From: Ascidiella aspersa | Lineage: Eukaryota | Reading direction: 5' to 3' | NCBI GenBank assembly: GCA_963924565.1 | Contig: OZ004609.1 | Coordinates: forward strand, 15,128,001 to 15,192,000 | Length of the DNA stretch: 64,000 nt | Shown here: piece by piece, positions 27,701-39,700 of the stretch | How the letters are laid out: every line of letters starts with the position of its first letter | Position numbering within the stretch: position 1 is the stretch's first letter | Notes under the pieces: model-generated | Told to the model about the DNA's origin: nothing | The model's database searches: none | Seen by the model: only the letters and a program-made list of their open reading frames with translations | Position numbers and translations under genes: made by a program

Positions 27701-30700
27701 AAAAGCCTTTGATTCCATAAACCACACCTGGCTCACCCACACCCTTGTCACCCGCAATTTCCCGACCTGTTTTGCCAATTACCTAATCGCAACCCAAACC
27801 TTCGCCTCATCCGTATCCTAATAAATGGCTTCCCCTCTGAACCCGTGGCGATCAGAAGAGGTGTGAGGCAAGGTGACCCGCCAAGCCTCACCCTCTTCCT
27901 GATCGCCCTTGACCCAATCCTGCAGAACATTCAGCAGAACCCCTCCATCTCACCACCCCCAGCCCCTATCCGCAACCCCCCCAAACTGGTAGCCTACGCA
28001 GATGACGTAACCCTAACCCTCTCACACCCCCACTCACTACCCCCCGTTTTCGACACCTTAGCTAAATTCCAATCCGCGTCAGGCCTCGCCCTTAACCCCG
28101 ACAAAACCAAAGCCCTCCCACCCTCCCAACCCCTACCTACCTGCAATAAACTGGAACCCCCTAGCCATAACCCCCCTAAACATCCCAATTGGCGACCCAA
28201 CCCAAATTGACCACGCATGGACCACGGCATACAAAAAGTTTGAAAACAAGGCCTCACAAATTAAACACCCCTTTCTCACATTTGACACTAAATCTATCCT
28301 GTCTAAAACCCTGCTTCTCCCCCACTTTATCCAACTAGTCCATGTTTACCCCACCCCGGATCGCATCAAGAAAAAGATAAATAAAACACTACTCAAGTTC
28401 TTTATAGGCCCACGTAACCCGACAATTCCACTAGACACCCTGGCAGCCAGTCGCCCCCACGGTGGCTACTCAGTTGCAAATATCCCCCTATATTCAGACT
28501 TATTCATCCGCCCAATAGGAACCTATATGAAACATAGACTCTCCCACACCTCAGCAGACACCCACAGCCAGATAATTGAATACCACTAGCAATAAAATAT
28601 AACCTTAGACTCAAAAATACACTCCCCCACACTGTCTTCCCATCACCACATTACCAAAAAATCTAGAACCTCATACGGAAGCACGACCCAACCATAACCG
28701 AAATACTATCCCCTAAAATAAAACCTTTATACCTCCGCCTCACAACCCCACACCAATACGCAAACCCACACCCCAACCGCAACCCCCCGAACTGGTCACA
28801 AGTTCACCACCCCATCTTACCACCATACCTAAAAACATTCAACTACAAAGCAGCACGCAATGCATTAGCAGTAAAATCACATACAATCCCCAACATCCCA
28901 GCGTTAGAACCTAACTGCTATCTCTGTAACAAAAGATATGAATCAGATGTACATCTGTTCCACATGTGCCCCCAGAACCAGCCCCTCCTCAACCACGTAA
29001 AAAACATATACGCAGGCTTCACTATGTGCTCCACCACCTATTTCAACCACCAACACAGCCATATATTTTTTGTCACACCTCCCCACCCCCCCCAAACAAC
29101 GATCTAATCACGCTCCTGAACACCATACTTCACCACACAATTTGGAAAAAAAGAATCAAGAAAGCCATAGCCCCCACACCTGACCCCAATCCCACTCCCC
29201 CCAGCACTTAATCAATAATTTTAACCGTGCAATCCGGGCACGACACAGAATTGAAGAAGCTAAAACAAACCCACAATACCTAAACTTATACACACAGATA
29301 ATCACCCTCCTCTAGAATCTACCTAACCCCCTTAAAAACCCTACAAGCCAAACCCGACCCACAAATAGAGAGTACAGAAAATCCCTCCGCCCCTCTCTCC
29401 ATAACACATCAAACCCCATCCATTTCCAAGAGGGAAAAGTAATAACCACATCCATTTTGGTTTTTATGACGCCATCTTGTTTTTTCATCAGCCATTTTGT
29501 TTTTTGATTTTTGTTTTTTTTTATTGCTCTGCCTTAGCCAACTACTTTAAATGCATATCCTCGAAAGAGGGGAGCGACAGAAAAGGCAAATCCTTACTCC
29601 TTTGTTAATATCCTCTTTTTGTTAATAATTGGATCGATAAGCATACTCCTCCTTGCAGGAGGAGTGAAGACCAATTTCCTTTGTTACTCCATACCCTTTG
29701 TTAGGCACCCCAATTACTTTTACGCCCATAGTGTTGCGTACCTTACCTTGCTCCCGTCGCCCACTTGCTTTTTGTTGCCCGCAAAAAAATAAATAAAAAC
29801 CACGCAGGGCAATGATGAGCCCAAACCAAAGGGGGGACCTAGCAAATTGCTAGCCCCAACAACCCTGAGGTCACTGAGCCCTCGAAAAAAAAGAAGAAAA
29901 AAAAACGCATGCTCACACACGTACAATTATTTTTGCAGATGAACTAACAACGTCTACCTCGGCAAAAAACACACTTGTACGGCATTCGTGCTGCCTATTA
30001 CCTCTCTTACCAGCTTGTCAAAGCGGAAATACTAACAGATGTATTTTAAAGGGAATAGCACTTTCTATTATTTGTAATTTACATACTGTTTTTTTACCTT
30101 GTCCGTAAAAGCATGTTATTGTGTAAAATAATTGCCTACTCCTGCTGGGCCGTTTAACGTGCTTTTGTCGCACCGTAAACAGTTGCTACTAGCCGTCTTC
30201 AAAAACACAGCACCTATATACTGTGCAATTACTTCGCTATATTAAACAGAGAATGGTTACAATTTACGCGATGTCTGTTTAGTGACTGTGGCGTTAGCAA
30301 GACAAGTTATTAGAATTTACGACTCAACCTAAGTTAAAAATATAAAAACGTTGTTTAGCCCTCGGAACATGGCACGAGGTACGTGGTAACAGTTTGAGAC
30401 AATCCACAAACCTGGGTGGTTTGAACAGAGTCCCCAACAGGTAAAACTTGTTTTACGATAAGAGTTTTATTGCCTCTGTGGCCAGCTTTCATTGATTCTA
30501 TAATGTCTTTGACTCCTGCGTGTCGCTCAAGTTCGTGAATTTGCACAAACTTAGGATGGTCCGACACGTTACTCGGTCGGGGCATAAGAGGATGTGTAAT
30601 TACCAGTCCTGTTCCATCTGCGTGAAAAGTTAATAATACCACAGTTCGAAAACAAATCTTTAACGAATACTCCATGAAGAATTGACATATAATAAAAAAC

Positions 30701-33700
30701 TATTAAGATTAGACGCAACAAAAGTTAATTTTAGGACCTAACAATACACAAAGCTTTGGAACATAATTATTAAGGGTTGGAGAGTTAGACATAAAACGAA
30801 TATCCAAGTACATAAAAAAGTAAATAGAATTAGGTCTTTTTTAGATGTTAAAACTAAATAAAAAACTACTCGTTCACAGAAATTCGAGCTATTTCTATAT
30901 GGGCTGTGATTATTCTATGTTTAATAAGGCCATTTACATATCGGACAAAGCCATCATTGTAAACATCTATGGCTGTTTTTTGTTGAATAAATTCGAGGTG
31001 GTGCTACGCATCTTAAACTGAAACAAATCGAAAACTACAAAACTTGGAAATATTCACTTCTAAAAACGTAACACAATAAGTTATACTGTAGGATTTTTTA
31101 GCCACAAAAAGCTGCTAGCTAATCGCGTTTTAGCCAGGAAGCTTTACAGTGGCACATGGAAGGTGAAAAAAATCGGGAGGGGGGAGGGGGGTGCGCAACC
31201 TTTATGGTTGTGAAAGCGCTGTAGGTGTGTTGAGTTTTAAAGCAATTTGTGAATTTGAATAGTGTTAATAAGCGGTATAACATGCGACCCAGAAAGGCCC
31301 AGTCGTTTCGGCAACTTCGGCCCAATACACCCTCGGACGTAAAATAGGATTACGTTAACTAAGTGCTAATATCGAATGTTAAAAAAGCTATTATAGGTTT
31401 ATGTGTAATTTTTATCTGCATTATACCTACAACAAAAACGTAGGAGTCTTCGCCGTTGTCTAGGTAATACGCATCAGTAAATACTTCCTGTAATGTTATA
31501 TCCACTGCAACCACGCCAAACAAACCCTTGTTGTTGGGCCAGAACACTGGAAGACCGACTGTAAAAATCAGACCTGAAAAAAGTATTCCTATTTAATAGT
31601 TTAAAGTTAAGTTTTGATGTTAGCCTAAACCTAAATAGTCATCATTAGGGCGAATAAAAGGTCATTAAAATGCCATCCTACTGCAAAGTCTTTCAATCAA
31701 TCGTTTTTATCAAACAAAAATTATGCAGAGGCAAACATTAAATACTACATCAAATTATATTAGATTCCTTGTTGATCAGATCCATTAGAAATGTTTTTCG
31801 TAGTGATTTTGAAGTAAAAGAAGTGTTTCGTTCGCTGTTGGAAAATGTTATTGTTCAAAAACATAAAAAAAATTCATGAGAAGTATAGTTAGTTACGGAG
31901 AGTAGCATAAATTTTACATTCATAAACACGAGAGGTAAGTTAAATGCAACTTTTCAATAAAAGGTAACTTTATTATGGCAGGTTTAAACAAAATCCAGGT
32001 ATAGCCCGCTGTTTCTGGTGGCAAACTTTTTTTTCAATCGAATTGTATGATAGATTTTGTTTTTCTCGAGTTTTAACTATTGTAACAATACAAATAAACT
32101 GATGTAATAATTTTTCACTAAAAAAAAAACATTTTCTATTCGATGTGAATTCACTTGTTTGTTGCTCTTCGCAAAATAGAATCTCAAAATTATAATCCAA
32201 TCAAGAAAACCCGAAAAGTAATAACTGATAGATGGCTTTGCATTATCAGAAACACACGTGTGGTGCAAAGGTTGCGAAAAGTCTCAAAAGATTTTGTCGT
32301 TGCAGCGAAATGAATCCAATTGAATGTTTTGGTAGTACTAAAAAATTGCAACAAAATGCATTCAATGGTGCAAACGTTACCTAATCCACCGGTGTCGACA
32401 TATGGGACTGAAAATGTTGGTTTGGTTTGGTTTGTTATAATGTTACTGGAGTAAAAAGAAGAAAGTCTTTCGCGAAGATAAAACGGATCGGTGATTCTGA
32501 ACGAAGTTCCTGAAAACAATAATACTTAGATAAAACAATAATATGAAGTTCAGATAATAAATATAGAGTTAAAGTATTAAATTGTTTTACTCGGTTTATA
32601 AATTCAATTGGAAAACCGCTAAAGCAAAATGCAAAAGATCGTGCTGAAAGCAACGTTGTTCGATTCTGACCTTAGTACTTTCAATGAATTCACAATAATT
32701 TATTTTAACACATTTCTTTCACATCGGAATTTAAAAGAAAAAAAGTTCACCAATATTGGTACTTTTCCCACCCAAAACCTCACCCTACTTGTCCGATATG
32801 AAACTGAAAAATGGCGTTTAAGCAAAGTAGCATATATTAGGTGTAAACGACGCAAATGAGATTAGACCTAACATTAGAGCACATAACTATTTCATGAATT
32901 AGATTACAAATAAAATTACAGAGGGTCTAACTTGTCAAAATAGGCAAAAAGTATTATATGGTTATCTAAGTTAATCAAAACTTAAACCTGAAGTTTTAAA
33001 TTAATTGATAATAATAAAGAAAGTCTACATATATCTTGCTTTAAAAACTAAAATATATAAGTATAAATCAGTTTATTTTAATATTTACCTGATCGTGATT
33101 TGCTCTTTAAATCCATGGTATTATTCGTCAAACTGAAATTTTGTGATGAAATTTCCTCCAACATCGTCATGTTAACTGTGCGTTAATATTTAAAACAATA
33201 ATAATATTAATCATAATAGCTGTTATATCATTTTAAACAAATGCCTTTTTAGCGGTTTATGCAGTTGATTAAACATTGAATAACGGCCTACCTTTTTATT
33301 GCACGCACGCAAATATACACGTAAGGGGTACCGTACAGCGGTTCTCAAATTTAACTTAAATGCAAAGAAAAAACAAGCAAACAAAACTACAGCGCAAGAA
33401 ATTACCAAAACTTTAGGATAACAAATGAGGTGTGACGTGTGATATTTGCACTGGTAAGGCGTGTATAGAATAAGCTTGAAACTTTCATTGCTGCCAAGTA
33501 ACACCGTAAGGTTTCCTCATCATGTTTTACGATAACTATATACCCTTAATCTCGAAAGATGTAATTGACTAGCTACAAATATTACAAGTACGGTCATCTT
33601 CAGTCGCATGTTTTGCGTTTTGGCTGCAACACAGTGGCTTTCTCTATTTATATTAATAAACAACCAATTGCTAGAGCAGTGGTTCTCAACCGCGGCTCCG

Positions 33701-36700
33701 AGTGCCGCACGCGGCTTCTAATCAACTTTTTAGCGGCTCTCATTGGAGTTCAAAAATAAAATGATTTATCACAAGTACATTTGCACACCAGTTCGCTCGA
33801 CAAAAGCAGGGTTTTAGATTAATTGTTTGACTACGAAACTTTGTGACGTCATACCTGAAAGTGTGTATGCCGCCTAATCCCAAAAATACTGGATCGGCCC
33901 CTGCACATAATATGACACGATGCCAAAACAACTCTTAGGAACTTGCCAAGAAAATCGGACATATCAGGCTAAATGAGAAGAGGAACATTTCGCCTTCTTT
34001 GATGTGGTTTGTTGTTAATAATTAAATTTATCTTTAATAAACTGCTTGATATTTTTGCGGCTGTTTCTCCAAAGTTTACAAAGGTTGACAAATACTGCAC
34101 TCGAGCCTTTTTTGTCGCGCGCCGAAGTAAATCAGACTTTAAAAATGTGATTGTTAAATCATAATCAGTCGCTACACTTTTGCTCTATTGGATTTAAAAA
34201 AGCACACGCCAGGAAATGATCATATCTGAAAGCATTCTATTGCCCCAATTAGATTTAGATAAAAAACGGAGTCACAATTAGACGCCCTTGAAAAATCATA
34301 TCGACGCACAAGGTCGGCGCGACGCAATTCCGGTTCGGCTCCTTAAAATTTTAAAATTAACGGTTCAGGTTCGGTTTCCGTTCGGAAAAACTCATAAAGT
34401 TCCGGTTCGGGTCCGGTTCGACCCCCTGCATGGAAGTAACATGGAATACACGTGTTATACTGAAATTTGCCGTATTATTTACTTTTTCGTACATTATGAA
34501 GTATTTCAAAGATGGATAGGCAAATATTTTTCATAACTTTAAAAAATACTCGACTAAATATAAACAAACATTAAATATGGGCTCCTATTATCGTAAGGAT
34601 TTTTACACATTAGTAGCTGTTTTGCACAATGAGTCATCACTGAAATTTTGTTTGGTTACCATCCATTCCAAGACCGTAGGTATGAATGGTGACAGTATTA
34701 TTTAACTTCGCATTGCCTCGGTGTATCGCATTGTAGACCTCAGGTAACCTCCCATACATCTCTTTGGGTTTCCCGTCAGTAATAAACAGTATCACCCAAT
34801 CAGCTTTAAAAACATTAATTAAAACGTGTTAAGATTAACCTTGGGTGAAAACATGTTGTTTTGTAGTTAACTTTTGGCTACAGTAAATATATATTCTATA
34901 TTAGCAACAGTCGTTACGTTATGGGGAAAACTTAAACATATACAGTACAAACAATATTTATTTAAACTAGGATGACACACTTAAAATCAAGCATTAACTA
35001 AGCTATCTACCTGGTTCTAGAGACGTAACTTTTTGTTTTGTTGAGTAGATAAGGTCGAAAGCGTTTTTAAATCCAACGGAGTAAAACGATTCACCTAAAC
35101 GTTGTTCGATTAAAGTGAATATTTTGTTTGTTTGGTAATGTTAACCTACCTCTGGGGTTTAAATGGCTTAGAAAATTCTGATTAAGAGCTTTTATGTTGT
35201 TTCGCGTGGCTGGCGCTAATTCCGTCTGAAAACAGCCTTCGGGGCGCATTGCAACGTTGTTAAACGCTACAAGACCAATCTGTTAGTGACAACCAGTCAT
35301 AAACAAGAAAACAATAACTCATGGTTATTGCGAAAACACGTTTTACATATTAGAAATACTAAGAGTATAAAATAAACGTTGAATTTAAATTTATATTTAA
35401 AGTGTATATATGCTTCGTAATAAATGTCAGGAGCAAGCAAAAATAAATTCCCTATATTATTTTTAGAATTAGGGATTCAACGTAAATGTCTCTAAATCTA
35501 ACACATTGAAATCGATTTCTCAAACTTTTGTTCAAGAAACATCTGAAGATGATTCCTATGTTTTAAGTTGTAGCCTATTTCAGATGAACGTCGTCTGCGA
35601 ATTCCACCCCTCCTATGTAGGCCTAAATGTTTTTACCAATGATTAACCTGCTTTTTTGTAAATAGGTAGCTTTTTTCTTTTTTTTTACAAATGCGAAATA
35701 CTAACCTATCATATTGTCGTAAAAAGTGTAAAAATAATATTTAAATGACAAAGTGAATGTGTAAAATAGGAAGATATCTCCTAGCCCTTGGCTTTAAATG
35801 GGAGAAAATATACTTTAGAGTAGAACCAAAAGCAACGTACGGCGTATGCTGTTTTGGTCCGATTTATTTATTTTGTTTTCTTTACAATGACGTAACATTA
35901 ATAAACGCGACTGAGTACATAGCAAAGATAAGCTTTTGTTTCTTCAACATAAAATAGGTGTTTTTAGCTCTTAAGAACTGCTAATTTCGTTACGTTGAAG
36001 CCGGTTTGGTTAGCGTCTATTTACTAAACCGTGACGAGAATGATGTGGTGCCAGAATTACGTATTTCTTAGGGCCGACCATCGCCTTCGAAAAAATTGTA
36101 ATGTTGTTGCCACTACAACACTGGCCGTATCCTTAAAAGATTTTATTTTAAATGTGTATTTCGATGACATATTTTAGACACAATACGGAAATCACTACCA
36201 AACGGTTACATGCTAAATTGCCACAAGTAATTTTAATTCATAGGTTATACAGCGAGATATGAGCATATTGACACGTTACGGGTCAACAACCATTTGTCCA
36301 CCCGTGAACGATTTAGCACCGGGATTTATTTGTTTAATTACATTTCTATTAATTACCGTTTTCACACAGGCCGTTTCCATATTAGGTTTTACTAGTATTG
36401 TAGAAAAATATTTTTCGTTTCACACATAATCAGCAGCTAAAAGTATAGGGACGACCAGCTGCCAGTGCCATCGCTGTTTTTTTATTATAAGCTTATCGAC
36501 CATATTGTGAAATACCAAAAAAACACGTTATAAGGAATTTCTTCTGACGAACGTGTTGATCCACGTAGTGCAATGATTGGGGAAATTAAAATGTTTTACA
36601 ACTTTACACACTATTTAGCACTCTAGCCAGGATATTACGCTGTAACATTACTTTTTAGTAACATGGTAAATTGCCTTTTTAAATCATCGGCAATAACACG

Positions 36701-39700
36701 CGACTCAAGCAAATTACGCAGGGTACAACATAATAATAAGTAATATAGTTATTAATAGGCCACAGCTTGATGGAATCCTACATTTTGTTTAACCTATATA
36801 CTCGACAATGATTTGACCCGGGGAATACGCATTTCTTTTGAACAAAGCGCCTTTGCCAATATGTAGGGCCCATTATTGTTGCTGCTTTCACAAGTGCCGT
36901 ATCCTACTTTAATTGTGTAAAAGTATTTACTCGACCCATTTTATACACACTACGGAACATTACTTACATGTTAAATTACACATTCATTTACACTTACACT
37001 TAACTTGTACAGTACACACTAATATGGGGTGGTGATCAACAATCACAGCTTGATGTCTTCATACTATTGTATCCACGCAAAATCAGGGCATTGCACGAAT
37101 GAACATAATATATCGAGATTATCGCAAAAGGCTGCACAATATTGTTGCAATTAAATACCCAGTTCAACATGGGCAACGCCTGGTGTTTTGTAATAATTTA
37201 AGGCAGATTAGCTAGCTTTTGATTTTTATTACAAAAGAATACCATTCAATACCAAAAAAGCAAAATCTTTTTAAAGATGTTAAAAATAAATAAAGAAATA
37301 TTTAAAACGTTATAATGTTACCTACTTCTATATGGGCTTCAGTATTCTCACTACGCCTAACTATAACCTCCAACCTTACGCTAATAAGTCTTTAAGCATT
37401 CTATTGCAATTTTCCACCTCATATCTTCATAAACAAAAAAATGGGGTTATAAATGCATGAAAAGTAAAAGTGTGTGCCAGTTTTTATCAATATAATGCTA
37501 CCTTCATCAAATATAATGCTACTTTTATATTTTTGCTTGGGTAGTAGCTAGTTTATTAAATGGTGAAAAATTTAAATGATTTGAGATCTATGTTTTTCAA
37601 AGGTTGTTTTGCTGGGTTGGGATTTTGCACTCGCCCGACAGTTGTGTGCCCTGAACCCTGAATGAACCCTGAATTATTGTTGTTACAGTCCAAATTTGCG
37701 AAAAATGCTAGTATAGACTGAAGGCTAATTATAGTGTGAATCACGCTTGCGTAACTAAAGAATAATAAACATCGCATTTAATAGTCGTTAAACTATCGAG
37801 GGCGGCAATATGAGAACTATCTGCAGAAGTGGTCCCAACCTGAGGGTCGCAAGAGATATCAGTGGGGGTCGCCGTGCACTATTTGTTGAACGAGAAATTG
37901 ACTTAAAGACAAACAACATAAACTAATATTTTAGCGGAAAGAAGCGTGAACAACCGCCAGTCTAACAATTAAACTAGTCGTTTTTATGACGTCACCATTA
38001 GCCTTGTTTTCAATTTTGGACCAAAGTACATTATCATGCATTGTCTAATTCTAATATAAATAAAAATCGTGCATGCTTTTGGCGTAAATCTATGTAAACC
38101 AAAATTGGGGGGTCGCGTAGGTTTACGACCAATAGAAAGGGGCTTGGGTTGGGACAATAAAAATATTCGAAACCACTGATCTATACGCACCGAAATACCA
38201 AGGCAAGTTTAATTATAGGAAAAACAATTAGGTAGGACGTAAATTCGCAGATGGCGTGCCAACATTTTGGCGAGTGCTAATTGGTTGACACTCGTCCCAC
38301 TGGCGAGGACAAGTTTGAATTTATCATCAACTCTGCACTGTGTGTTTATGTAATTTTAAAAATACATAATGAAAGAAAGGCTTTTAGACTGAGCATAGGG
38401 TATTCCATAGATAACACTACTATGATCCTTATATAGTAAAACTATGTTTGCAATTGAGAAATAGTGGTATATATACAAATATATATCCCAAAAAATTTTG
38501 TAAGGGTTTCACTCGAAGTGTTTCGACCTATTTTTTTTAACTTGGGAGAAAAGGTTGGGAAATACTGGATTAAACAAAAGCAAACACAAGTTGAAAGTGG
38601 GGGCAATTTTATCCGTCAGAAAATAATGGCATAGGAGAAAGGTTAGTTTTAAATTTCCTACAACACAGCCCTCATCTAATGTGGGTATGACACATTATAT
38701 TACTAACAAAAAAACAAGGTAAAGTTATCTTCTATATAAGTATAAATTGTTTGTTTTTTAAAACGAGAAAGGTTACCCGATCTTTTGGTGTCATTGTTTC
38801 TAGAGTTGATGAAATTGCGCTCGTTGAAATATTTATTAAACGCTTGCTGTTAAATGTTTTTAACATGGAATGTGAGTTGTCCAGAAGAAACAAAATGTTC
38901 TTCGGTTTTGGTGATGCTGTTTCCACATACCAAGGCCTGGAAGAAAATGTATGTTAATGTGTCTGCTATAATGCCAAAGATTACCGAAATAAGAAAAAAT
39001 ACGTTAGCGTTTTTGTATCAAAAATTATTATTTGTTTTTATTTTTATTTTTTTCTGTCTTCCTACATTTTACAATAGTTAGGGTACAGTTGCCACGCGCA
39101 TAACAAAGCCTATGTAGTTGAACACGTGACTATTTACAAACATCGAATTATAATGAATTACTATTCTGTTAGGCATTAAATTAAAGAAAGTGTGATATAA
39201 CCTTCAGTATAAAAAAACAGTAAAGTTCCTAATGAAGTAAAATTGATTTTTAGAGTTTTGTTGAGGTATCAAGTTATAATTACTCCATTAGTTCTTTATT
39301 TACAGTAAGTCGAACCGTCCGGGATAGTTTAAAAGTTCCAGTTAGGCTTTTGTTGGAGTTAAAAAAAATTTGCGTTACACCTATAAGCGTGGTTCAGTAA
39401 ACGTATAGCAAAATTAATATTGAATTATAACTCGTATTTAAGTTCCATGAAGTGATATAAAAAACCGTAGTCAATTATTATTAAAACCTCTGAACAATAA
39501 AAAAGTAACACTATATTTCATAAATCTATATGACTTTCTTTTCCATCATTTTTCGCTCCGTTGCAGCATAGTTCTGTTTTTTGTTAATTATACCGTAATT
39601 ACGCGAGTTCTCTCTCTTATATCTAGTACCTTTTTCAGCCTATATCTGGAGGTATTTTTATCGTTCACATTTATTCAATAATAATTAACCAGTATGATAT

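Larger units (their letters stand above)
22880..29901 (+). mobile_element. L1/Tx1-clade non-LTR retrotransposon; 5'-truncated, non-autonomous, antisense in a CACHD1 intron
   Basis: ORF1 remnant (IRLSYVP...HYDGQPLFC), APE endonuclease (TLNVAGI, LQETH, NIYAP, SRLDRFY, SDHDSV), RT (DFKKAFDSINH, RGVRQGDP, YADD), C-terminal CYLC...H....C knuckle, A-rich tail. Perfect TSD AAAACGCATGCTC at 22867-22879 and 29902-29914. Confidence 0.95.

Noticed and set aside
29811-29880. SECIS element interpretation of ATGA...TGAG
   Set aside because: There is no helix II with an AA loop at the right spacing and no selenoprotein ORF. Box C/D geometry fits better.
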